DNA of 64,000 nucleotides from Patellaria atrata CBS 101060 (Eukaryota), in contig MU006089.1 of NCBI GenBank assembly GCA_010093705.1, forward strand, positions 154,875 to 218,874. The letters are read 5' to 3'. Positions 51,974 to 64,000 of the stretch are shown piece by piece; positions within the stretch are counted from its first letter, which is position 1; every line of letters begins with the position of its first letter. The position numbers and the translations under genes are program-made. Under the pieces are notes generated by a model. That model was not told where the DNA came from, searched no databases, and worked only from the letters and a program-made list of their open reading frames with translations.

Positions 51974-53049
51974 GAGCCGGATCTTGGGTGTATATTATGA
52001 GGACAATATAGAAATGACAGTATAATATCTACCTCTGAAGAGCGAGAGGTAGATTGGCGAGTACGGACGAAATTCTTCCGAAAATTGCCATGTCCAGTGC
52101 TACGTGCGTCCTATGACTCCCTTTCTCTCTTCCTGCGGATACTGGAAACGATTAATTATCATGGTCCGTATTGAATGTGCAATTCATTAGAGATTGTCGC
52201 TCAATTGGAATTTTTCGAAGCTCCGGTCGATATCGCTCATATGACGGAGGGTGGAGCGGATTGTCCGGCTCTATCCAGCGCGTCCCGCTCCGCTCCACTC
52301 CGCTATGCCCAGCAATGCTCGATTATTCACGTGAGAGCGGAATGCGGCCGTCCGAAGATGGGGACAAAAGAAATGTTTTTACGATATGCGGGAGATTATT
52401 GGGATTGCATTCCTCCCAATTACTGACATACCAAACGTGGTGACGGAAGGGATGATTGCTAACTAAATTAATCAATATTAAAAAAAAAGCCGGCCGGCAG
52501 AAATTGGGATGTTGAGTTGTTCGACAACCGAAGTCGCCCCCTAAAACTGGGCGCATAGGTCCCCCCTTGGTCGTGTTAGGTACCCGCGTTAGGCTGAAGG
52601 TGTACCCGTAGCTTTTAGGAATTCAGGAGGGCAAAGCGATGGAACCTGAAGCGACGGGATCACCTCACCGGGCTTCGAAATCGAAATGCCAACCTTGGAA
52701 ACCTTCAACCTCCACCCATTAACATCCAACAACAACCGACAAACTCAAACCGATCCGACTTCTTTCTTTGTCACCGTTTCCTTATCTTCTACCTCACACT
52801 GTCAACCTCTATCCTTCACCACCTTTTTGACCCTCTACTCCTCATCCCTCCCGTCTTCATACCCTCATTGCCTGCCTCTCGTGCCTCGTTCGCGTTGCGG
52901 CTCCTCTGCTCCCCACATCACCGCGTTTCTGACCGTCGAACTCCTGCAAGTTCCCTTTGTCGCAACACGCGCCTCGCCCAACCTTCAAATTCTACACCAT
53001 ATCGCTCACTCTTAGGTGGAGATGGTGAGGTGAAAGTGGTAGCTGTATT

Positions 53050-56000
53050 ATGTCGCGCGCTTCGGCGTTCGAGGCCTTCTTCCCTAATGCTGCCCCTTCC
53101 GTCTTGCAGCAAAAGAGGAAAAGGCTTCAAGAACAAGAGCGCTGGCATGAGAAGACCAAGGGTAGTCCGGCGCATCAGGAAAACTATCAATCCAACACCA
53201 CCTCTCGCGAAGATGACGACCCTCCGAAAAGCGAGTCTGGTGACTTGTTGAACGGTGTCGGTTCTGCCAGCTCTCTTGCGAGCACTGTTTCCTCTGTCTT
53301 CAGCAGCGGCGGTCACAGCGCCCCCAATATGTCTTCCTACCCTGGCGCAACTGCTAATGTGCATGCGTTGACTCCTCTTACGAATAACGATTTCTCTCCT
53401 CCGGGCAAGACATCAAGTCCGCACACAATCAAACCTCACAATGACGCTATGTACATTGATAATACGTTATCTCAGGACATCGCTACCGCGAACCGGTCGC
53501 ACTCCACTTCCAATGCCATTACCCCCATCCACACTCCCCCCGAGCCAAATTTGCAGGCCCGACCCGGTCCTGGCGAAGTTAAAGGCTTTCGACTAACCTA
53601 TGATCCAGAGCTGGATGAAAAACTTCCCCCCAAGGATCGACGGAAGGTCAAGGCCCGATATAAAACTTTTGGTGAAGCGGTACGTTCTCAATCCAAACAC
53701 TCAATATTTCTTCGGTTATTCACTCTCGCGACATAACTTATGTCCAAATGTTAACGGTTTATTTTGACATAGGAGGACCCTGCGCCCCCTCCCGATCCCC
53801 GGTTGGCGATTGCCGGATATACCGCTGGACTATATCACCCGCAGAACAGGCCGGCCAAGATGAAGCTTCGACCTGCACCCTACTGTTTGAAGCGCTTCTC
53901 CAAAGACTCACATACAGTCGGCCCTGGTCCGGCGACAAAGATTGTTGTTACTGGTTACGATCCATTCGTAAGCGGCGAACCGCAGCTCAGGGCTCTTTTT
54001 GGCAGTTTTGGAGCAATTGCCGAGCTCGACAATAAAATTGATAGTAATACAGGTAGTTTCCTGGGCATATGTCTAATAACTTATAGAGACTCTCACTCTG
54101 CTCGTGGCGCCGTTCTCGTACCTGCTCCGGTAGCTGCGAAGAAAGCCGAAAAGGAGGCCAATTCTCATCGCATGCACCAGAAAACCATTAGGGTAGAACG
54201 AGACCGAGAAGGTAACAAATGTCGACGTTTTGTTGAAGCCGTAATGAAGCGCAACGCCGAGAAGAGGGCACAGTCTAAACCTATCGAAAGTCTAAGACAA
54301 ACCCAAACCCCTATAACGCCTGTTAACGTTACCCCCGGTCCACCACCGGATGCACCCAAGGGACCTTCGGGGAGGAAACCGCCAGAAGGACCTCGAATAC
54401 AAATCCCACCTCGTCCCCAAGCCCATAGCCTTGTCGAGCAGGAGTCAGTATTGCTTAGTATCAAACGAGAACCTTACATATTCATCGCGCACTGTTATGT
54501 TCCAGTTCTGGGCACCACGATTGAGCACCTGAAGAAGCGAATGCGGATGTATGATTGGGAGCATGTTAGAGTTGACCAAACTGGATACTTCATAATTTTC
54601 AAGAATCATAAACATGGGGAAGAGGAGTGCGTCAAATGCTATGCAGAATGCCATATGCAACCCCTCTTCACGTACGTGATGAACATGGAATGCCAGCGAT
54701 ATGGGAATCCACATTATGAGCGTAGTCCGAGCCCGGAGACAAAGGCGCTTGAGAATAAAAAGAAGATGGAGGAAGATAGATTGCGAAGGTGGGAAGATGA
54801 AGATTGGGAAACGGAGAAATCTGAACGGGCGAGACACCTTGATCCAGTGTGCGCGGCAACTGAGAAACTGAAGATCGAGCTCGGTGAAAAGTTAATGAGC
54901 GAAGTTAAGAGTCGTATAGTTGGAACTACATTGTACGATTGTCTAGACCCGGATCGTCATGTTGCGAAACGCCGCAAGTTAGGCATCAACGATCCAACCA
55001 GTCAAGAAAACAAACCCCCTACTTTCTTCCTATTGCGGGGCGACGACACTCCACCATTCGGTAGCTCTAACACTCGAGCCGGATTCTCGAAGTTCCAACG
55101 GAGGCCCCTGTCCAACTACGATCACAACTCCCGCTCAAGAAAGTTTACACAGTCCAAGCCTATCAACGTATTTGCTGATGAGCGACGCAAAAGGCCCCCC
55201 CCTAAACGCGTCAGTGTTAGACCTCTTCATCAACGTCTCCAGGACTTCTACGAGGAAGACGAAGAGTCTTCAGACGAGCAGGCAACTTCTATCACTAGAG
55301 ATGCGGAAGAGCAGGAAAGTAGGCCCCTGAGCCGAATGAGTCTTGAATCTCCTGCCGCGTTCGATTTAGAGGAAGAGTATGAACTCCCCAGGCGTAAGCG
55401 GCGAAGGATGGATCAAGAAGATTTAGGATGGGGTGATGATTTAGCATATGCTGACACACAGGCACGTGAACTTGTGGGACATCTTCTTGATAAAGATCCC
55501 GACCTCATGGCAGATCGAGAACTCGAGCAACTCATTTGCACGTTGCCTAAGTCTTCCGCTCTCTATAAACGTGCGAAGGGTGTCATCAAATATCGCACTA
55601 TGATTCGAGAAGGAGAGGAGATATTTGGAATCAAGTCCGAGGAAGACAATACTGATCTCGCAGGTATGGCAGTACCTACAATTGATGTCACGTTGAACGA
55701 TACCGTCGACGAGAACCTTGAGGAGCCCCAGCCCGCGCTGAAGAAGAAGACGAAGACGAAGAGGAAAACCAAGAAGCAGCTTCTTGAAGAACAGGAGGCC
55801 CTCCGGAAACAGGCCAGGACTGCCGAAGAAGTACTGGGTGCCGAAGCAGTCCCAGTTGTTCAGGAAATCGAGGCTCAAGTCCAACAACTGGAAGAGCCAC
55901 AGCTTGATGAAGCTCGCGCAGAAGTCGAATGGGGAGTATCTGCGGATATACCAAGACGGACCGTAGAGGATGATCCTGATGTCGTTCTCGATGTAGATGG

Positions 56001-56990
56001 CTGGCAACATTTGCTGAAGGACGATGAGGATCTACAATTCATCAAGACTGTTCTTAAGAATGAGAAAACTGCAAACATTCGGGATATCAAACTCTGGTCC
56101 TGGAATCAAAAGCAGCTCAAGTTGCTCAATAACAATGGCGTACACGGACTTACCCGTATTCAGGAGAGGATAAGTGGCTATTATGTGCCAAACCAGACCG
56201 GATCCGCTCGAACGGAAGGTGTGAAGCCGATTTCACAAGAAGAGAAATCGAAATACCTTCCACATCGCATTCGAGTCCAGAAAGAGCGCGAGGCACGTGA
56301 AGCTCGCGAACTGCAAGCCGGTAAAGACAACTCTGCGGCAACGGCGGAAGCAGCTAGGTTAGCAGCTGCCGCAAAAACAGCTACAACAACCATCTCTCGA
56401 TCTAATCGTGCTAATAATCGTCGGCTTCAAAACGAGATCAACACGCAGAAACAAACGCTTAGTAACGATATCGAAGTTCGTTTCAACCAATTGAAGAAGC
56501 GAAAGAAGCTTGTCAAGTTCGATCGGTCTGCTATCCACGGCTGGGGTCTGTATGCTGAGCAAGATATTGCCGCCAACGACATGATTATCGAATATGTTGG
56601 TGAGAAGGTCCGGCAGAAGGTTGCTGATCTCCGTGAGATCAGGTATACCAAGCAAGGCATGGGTAGCAGTTATTTGTTCCGCATTGACGATGATACAATC
56701 ATTGATGCGACTAAGAAAGGTGGCATTGCACGGTTCATTAACCATAGTTGCTCACCCAGCTGTACTGCTAAGATCATCAAGGTGGACGGGACTAAGCGCA
56801 TCGTCATCTACGCGCTGCGGGACATACAAAGAAGTAAGTTCAATGGATGGCATGATAGGTGATACAATACTGACAGATCTGTTCAGACGAAGAACTCACG
56901 TACGATTACAAATTCGAACGAGAGATTGGGAGTGATGATCGTATTCCTTGTCTTTGCGGTTCTGCGAATTGCAAAGGCTTCCTTAATTGA
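53050..56990 (+). CDS. SET1: Histone H3K4 methyltransferase Set1
   Basis: RRM region, n-SET (GSARTEG), [40 protein letters not shown] and post-[24 protein letters not shown]. 2 introns. Confidence 0.97.
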
Positions 56991-58064
56991 GCGCTGCATT
57001 TTGGGTACGGCGTTCTGTATCATTCATCGGGGGCACTTTCTTTTCCAGAAAACAGATTCCTTCGACTACTCTATTGGAGATCTTTGGTGATGCATAATTT
57101 TCTTATTTCTTGTGATTCAACCGTTCAGTAGACGATTGAGCTGCATGTGGCGGGAACTTCTGGCGTGTCTTTGCTCTTAGGCTTGTGTGGTTACATTCGG
57201 CGGGGGAAGAGGATGGAGACTCATTGGACGCATCTACGTTCAACTCAGTTTACATCATGGGTGATCCAGTGAGCCTAGTCAGAAGTCGTAGCGATCTTCG
57301 GGAAATAGTTGGGGACAGACTCGTCGATGGGTTCTGAAAGGGGGAAGTATGGAACCCCTAGAAAATGAAGCTATCTATGCATGGTACAGACCGAACGACC
57401 GAGAAAGCAAATTATCAGTCCTCCACCGTGCCGTACTTTAGAAGCATGCAATTTCGCCGCATGGTATCTGAATATGACGGTAACATGTTAATAACTACAT
57501 GAAGTGACGTGGCCACTTGAATATCTTAAACTTCTACACGATATCTATGCCACCATGTCTCCTTTTGAGAAGTCGGCATAATTAAGTTGATAGTATTACT
57601 TCGATGAGGTTATTCCACCAGTGTACAGTTACTACCATACTGTGCTTCTGGAGATGCATGCACGCAAAGCCCATTGCACCCCCTTTTGCCACAACTGAGG
57701 TATGACTGGGGATATTCCTATGCCCCTGACGGGACATTCACGAAAAATCCATATACTGAGCCTTGAAAACCAAATCTACTCTAATTCACTATAAGGTAGG
57801 TCAGGTACCTTAGGTTAGACGGGATTCAGGGGCGACGGGAGGTCCCGAGATCGGGGTTCAGGACCACAGCCACCACAGCCACTTTTGGGGCGGTGGCAGA
57901 ATTCTTGAAAGACGCGTGCCAAGATTTTGAAAGCGCACGCCCTGTCGCATACGGAACCCTACGTTAAACTTTTGAGATTGATGAAGTTCAAAGACGTCTA
58001 AACATACGGAAAACAACTGCAACGTGGTGTGAACCAGCACTACCGTACTTCCTCAGATTTCAAA

Positions 58065-59435
58065 ATGCCTGGTCATGTAAATAGCCTCCTCATCGAAGGT
58101 TCATTTGAGGAGCTGGTCGATGAGCTTGCTATATACTTGGACAATTTGAAAAAGACCCAAGGCGATGAGAGCTCAGCTGTACAGTCGGAAACAGAGGCGT
58201 TGTTGAAGGACAACAAGAAAGATGAAGTGCTCAAGAAGCTTGTCACAGCCAGTGCGGTTCTAAACTCTGCGCCTGAGAAAGGTACCACTGTGTTCTCGTA
58301 ACGTATCTTGTCCTCTTTGACAGCGATTAACGTTGTTATAGAGTTCATTGCGGCTTACAATCTCCTCATACATCTTGTGCGGCAATCCCCGAATATCAAC
58401 ATGTTCCTTCCTAAAATATGTCAAAACCTTTCGACCCCAATCACCTCCTCTCCGGCGAACGGCGGTGGGCTCGCCCTCTCAGTACTCAGCACGATCTTTA
58501 ACATCCTTCAATCCGACAATGATACGAGATATCATGTTCTAATTGCAATATTGCGTGTCGTACGCGGAACCTCGAACTTCGAAACCATAAAACCGCAGCT
58601 GAAGAACCTTGACGCTTGGCTTAGCTCGTGGGAGTCTGACGAGGAGGAAGCGCGCAGCTTATATCTCGCAATTTCGGATGCGGCCAAAGAGGCTGGCGAG
58701 GAAGAACAAGCATATCAGTACCTCGTCAAAGCACTCCGTACCATCACATCCGACGAAGTCGACAGTGACGAAGCACGGCAACTCTCTCTGCGTGCATTAA
58801 GATCCGCATTGAGTTACCCCTCACACTACGACTTTCAAGATCTCACCGCTCTCGACTCGATCCAAGCGCTACGAAAATCAGACCCCACCCACTTTGAGCT
58901 ATTGGAGCTTTTCAATGCCGAACTCCTGGACGACTTCAACGATTTCAATGATTCTCATGACGGCTTCTTAGCCACTGAAGGACTTGATATGGCAGCTCTG
59001 ACCCGCAAAATGCGCCTTCTGACACTCGCTTCACTTGCTGCGACGACGCCTATCCGGTCCTTGCCGTACGCGTCCATTGCCAAAGCACTACAAATTCCGG
59101 CCGGAGACGTCGAGATGTGGGTCATTGATGTGATTCGTGCCGGACTCGTTGAAGGCAAATTGTCGCAGCAAACCCAGCAATTTCTCATCCATCGTAGCAC
59201 GTATAGAGTGTTCGGCGAAAACCAGTGGAAAGAAGTTGCAGCCCGTCTCGACATGTGGAGAAATAGTCTACAGGGTGTACTAAGCGTTATCAGGGCAGAG
59301 AAGGAGGAGTTCCTTAGGGTAAAGGAGTCGGAGACTAAGGATATTGAAAACAGGGTAAACGGGACTATTGGGGGAGGGGGGAAAAGGCAGGGGAGGGCAC
59401 AGCAGCAATCAACTGTGGAGGTTGATTTGGACTAA
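58065..59435 (+). CDS. Translation initiation factor eIF3 subunit M (PCI domain)
   Basis: LLIEGSFEEL, APEK|EFIAAYNLL, RKMRLLTLASLA and VEMWVIDVIRAGLVEGKLSQ. 1 intron. Confidence 0.92.
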
Positions 59436-59670
59436 TGAAGAGTGCATTTGATGCTCCCTTCGAATTATATCATGGGATGGGTAAGCATTTGCAAAGTGGT
59501 TGTAGATTGAAAGACCATAATGGTCTTACATGCGCACGGATCATGAAAAATAAAAACAAAAACAACATGAATCATTGACTATTGTCCGCTTGTGCCGTTT
59601 AAAACCGTTCAGTCAAGTCGTAGGATACATTCAGTTCATCCCGAAGATCGAGAAATGGCTTGCCAACCGA

Positions 59671-60497
<827 letters not shown>

Positions 60498-60506
60498 CTA
60501 AACTAT

Positions 60507-60833
60507 CTATTTGGTACCTGCGCGGGGAGCCGCAGAGAGTTGACGGTTGGCGTTAGCTGGAGCAGTACCCTGGCGGGACTTCACGATCTGCGTAAACAAG
60601 TACGAGCCGATTGCAAAGATGGCTACGAACGGCCAAACCTTCAGAGGTGAGGAGTTTGGAGAGCGATGTTGTTGGAGCGTAGGTGAGGGATTATGATTCG
60701 ATGTAACTGCCTTTTGCTCCAGGAGAATTTTATTTGTGGATAGGAATCGATTGATTTCTGCTCGATTAAAGGTAAAGGAATAGATGTATGGCCTAGTACG
60801 GACGGAAGAAGATAGAGACTTGGTGAATGACAT
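60507..60833 (-). CDS. Putative 108-aa mitochondrial single-TM protein or N-terminal module, in frame upstream of URA6
   Basis: The N-terminus is S/R/T-rich and poor in acidic residues, followed by KVWPFVAIFAIGSYLFTQIVKSRQG. It ends 33 nt before the URA6 ATG in the same frame. Confidence 0.6.
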   Translation of the reverse strand: MSFTKSLSSSVRTRPYIYSFTFNRAEINRFLSTNKILLEQKAVTSNHNPSPTLQQHRSPNSSPLKVWPFVAIFAIGSYLFTQIVKSRQGTAPANANRQLSAAPRAGTK

Positions 60834-61145
60834 CGTAGAGTAGGAGGTCGAGGAGATTAGGCATGACGATGGTAAGAGCTGTGAGCTTGAATGCCCTGCT
60901 GCATTCTCGGCCAATTTAGCTTAGCGTACAAGGTATGTTGAGAATATAATACCATATCCTGCTTATTTAACCTGTATCCTATGTCTTCTATTAAGGTTAC
61001 ACCTCAGCGCACCTCAGTACCTTACCTACCTTACCTACACCTCTACTTACCTTTTCCTCACAATCATCTCGAACACTGTCCAGTACACCCTACAAACCTC
61101 AAATACTAAGCCAGGGCGATAAACGGATATCCTAGTCGTAGTGCT

Positions 61146-63759
61146 ATGGATTCTTTACTTCCTCCCCCTCCCTCTCCTCCACCTCCACCACCGTCTGATC
61201 TTTTAGAGCCTCCGCCTCCGCCTCCGCCAGAATCATTTGCACCTCCCCCTCCGCCAGAAGATGTACCTCCTCCGCCAGAAGATGTACCTCCTCCGCCAGA
61301 AGATGTACCTCCCCCGCCACCACCACCCTTAGATAGCTCAAGACCTGAACCTCCTCTAGAAACGATAAAGAAGAGACCCGTCGCTCCCAAAGTCCCGAAA
61401 AAAGAGCCACTTAGTATTGAAGAGATTCTCAAGAAAAAGCGCGAAGCCGATGCGGCGGCTGCGAAAGTAAGTACCTCCATTACCTCGAAATCAAGCTTCT
61501 TTGTGTTTACGCCAACGATTCTAGTGCATGTCGAACATGGCTAACTTGTTTCTCCCTCTTCTAGCCCAAATTTCTATCGAAAGCGCAGCGAGAGAGACTC
61601 GCATTAGAAAAGCGGCAGAAGGATGTGGAAGAGCAGAGGCGAACGGCCGACGCAGCAAGAGCTGGGCGAGATGAGCCCCATGGTATATCACGGAATGGGA
61701 CGGCTGTAAATGGCTCTCCCGCAATATCTATGAATGGTCACCGCTCAGAGTCGAGATCGGCGGTACCAACGGGTCCAAGAGCGTTACGCCAAGGCGAAAT
61801 ACCTACTGGGCCAGCATCTATGCGGCAACCAAGTAAGAGTAACGATCTTCAGCCCGCAGTATCTAAACCTGGACCTACTGGAACTAAGCGGATGACCACG
61901 GAGGAGGCTGAAGCTGCTCTGATTCGCGAACGATATATGGGCGCAGAAAATGTAGAATCTAAATTCTCAGCAAAGAAAAAGCGGAGACGAACAACAGAGA
62001 AGAAGTTCAATTTTGAGTGGAATGCCGAAGAGGATACCAGTACCGATTACAATCCAATCTACCAGCAACGTGCGGAAGTTCGTTTCTTTGGACGCGGCCG
62101 ACTAGGTGGCTTTGCGGATGACCTGAATGGTGCTTCTCAGCAATATGCTCAAGCAGTTGCGGAAATGGATCATGAAAGGGGTAGTGACAGAGCTAGAGAA
62201 ATTATGGAAATGGAACGACGACGGCGAGAAGAAGGCAGCAGAACCGGTCTCGATTTACACTGGAGTAAAAAGAAACTGGAACACATGCGGGAGCGTGATT
62301 GGCGCATTTTCAAGGAAGATTTCAATATCAGTACAAAGGGTGGATCTATCCCCAATCCTATGCGTTCATGGAAAGAATCCCGTCTGCCAAAGCGTATTTT
62401 GGACATTGTGGAACAAGTTGGCTACACGGAACCGTCCGCTGTCCAACGTGCTGCTATTCCGATTGCCCTCCAATCTCGAGATCTCATTGGCGTTGCCGTC
62501 ACTGGTTCCGGTAAGACCGCTGCATTTCTCTTACCCCTTCTCGTCTATATATCCGAGCTGCCTACTCTCAACGAATTTACCAAAAACGATGGACCGTATG
62601 CGATCATTTTAGCTCCAACCCGCGAGTTGGCGCAGCAAATTGAAATCGAAGCAAAGAAATTTGCCACTCCACTTGGTTTTACCTGTGTAAGTATCGTGGG
62701 TGGCCATAGTATCGAGGAACAGGCCTACAATATGAGAGACGGTGCCGAGATTATCATTGCAACACCTGGTCGTCTCGTTGACTGCATTGAGCGACGTGTT
62801 CTAGTTCTCAGTCAATGCTGTTACATCATAATGGATGAAGCAGATCGGATGATAGATCTAGGGTTCGAAGAGCCTGTCAATAAAATCCTTGATGCTTTAC
62901 CGGTGAGTAATGAGAAGCCAGACAACGATGAAGCGGAAAATGCAGCTGCCATGAGCAGACATTTGGGCGGCAAAGACAGATATCGCCAAACAATGATGTA
63001 CACAGCAACCATGCCTGCGGCCGTTGAGCGGATAGCACGCAAATACCTCCGTCGCCCTGCAATAGTCACGATTGGTAATGTGGGCGAAGCAGTGGAGACG
63101 GTTGAGCAGCGTGTTGAATTCGTTGCCGGCGAGGACAAGCGCAAGAAGCGCCTGCAAGAGATTCTACTCTCCCGTGAATTTGCTCCGCCGATCATCGTGT
63201 TCGTCAACATCAAACGTAACTGTGATGCTGTTGCAAGGGATATCAAGCAGATGGGTTTCACATCGGTCACGTTGCACGGTAGCAAGACGCAAGAACAGCG
63301 TGAAGCTGCCTTGGCCAGTTTGCGAAATGGCTCGACAGACGTACTTGTGGCAACAGATTTGGCGGGCAGAGGTATTGATGTGCAGGATGTCAGTTTGGTG
63401 GTCAACTTCAACATGGCGATGAGTATCGAGAGCTACACCCACAGGATCGGTAGAACCGGTCGCGCCGGGAAAAGTGGAGTGGCAATCACTTTCTTGGGCA
63501 ATGAGGATGCTGATGTGATGTATGTCTCCTCTACTTTCTTTTCTTTTCTTTTCTTTCTGTAGCCACAGTCAGAACCAGATTCACTAACCATTTCAATAGG
63601 TACGACCTCAAGCAAATGCTTATGAAGAGCTCCATATCGAGAGTGCCTGAGGAGCTGAGGAGACATGAAGCGGCGCAGCAAAAGAGTCAGAAGGGAGGCG
63701 GGCAAAAGAAGATTGAAGACAGTGGCGGCTTTGGAGGCAAAGGAGCTGCCGCTTGGTAG
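61146..63759 (+). CDS. PRP28: Pre-mRNA splicing DEAD-box helicase Prp28/DDX23
   Basis: KKFNFEWN, MRERDWRIFKEDFNI, AVTGSGKT, LAPTRELAQQI, DEADRM, YTATMP and HRIGRTGRAG. 2 introns. Confidence 0.96.
61248..61310 (+). repeat. Coding minisatellite, 3 perfect copies of a 21-bp unit (PPPEDVP)
   Basis: CCTCCGCCAGAAGATGTACCT x3 in PRP28 exon 1. Confidence 0.9.
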
Positions 63760-64000
63760 ACCCGGCCTCTTGGGATCTCGTCGTTGAGAGTGATAGAGAG
63801 GATCGGGATCGAATTCTGGGGATTAATGCGCAACATAATTAGTACGGCCGTCCTTAGCCTGACCTTCCAATTCCCTGGCTGTGATTTCGTCTCCCTTATA
63901 ACTAAACTTCAGTGCAGTCGGAAGTTGTTGATGTCGGAACACACACCTATCTTGCTACCGGTGATATTCGTGTAGTCTTGACCCAGGGCTACATGGGACC

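Noticed and set aside
52686..53015. 109-codon ORF upstream of SET1 as a regulatory uORF
   Set aside because: It is low-complexity pyrimidine-rich sequence and the TSS is unknown, so there is not enough support.
55441..56010. Long antisense ORFs inside SET1 (also 62821-63414 in PRP28 and several in YOR1 and the M16 gene)
   Set aside because: These are shadow frames of strong coding sequence with no recognisable motifs.

Overview
This is eukaryotic DNA from a filamentous ascomycete (Pezizomycotina), judged from short GT-AG introns with CTRAC-type branch points and RIP-like mutation of repeats. Bases ~1-12,100 are a degenerate, nested repeat block. It holds the broken 3' end of an NLR-type TPR gene split by a solo LTR, two Tad1-like LINE 3' ends, a second solo LTR carrying a full-length Fot1/pogo transposon, a second truncated pogo, and a decayed Ty1/Copia element whose 3' end is replaced by a 1.43-kb near-perfect inverted duplication. 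From ~12.2 kb to the end is a gene-dense housekeeping region: tyrosyl-tRNA synthetase, sulfate permease, M16 metallopeptidase, Dsl1/ZW10, YIP3/PRA1, an ER J-protein, a YOR1-like ABCC transporter, a small membrane protein, SVP26, BUD23, IDH1, NXT1, a hypothetical protein, RIB4, SET1, eIF3m, URA6 and PRP28. Three things stand out. (1) A -1 programmed frameshift signal (U UUU UCC, 6-nt spacer, predicted pseudoknot) at the end of YIP3 opens a ~515-codon extension. (2) A mitochondrial-presequence-plus-transmembrane ORF sits in frame 33 nt upstream of URA6, separated from it by two TAG codons. (3) The Copia inversion has a fold-back structure with a microhomology junction. Coordinates, intron calls and identity estimates were read by eye and no database searches were run.
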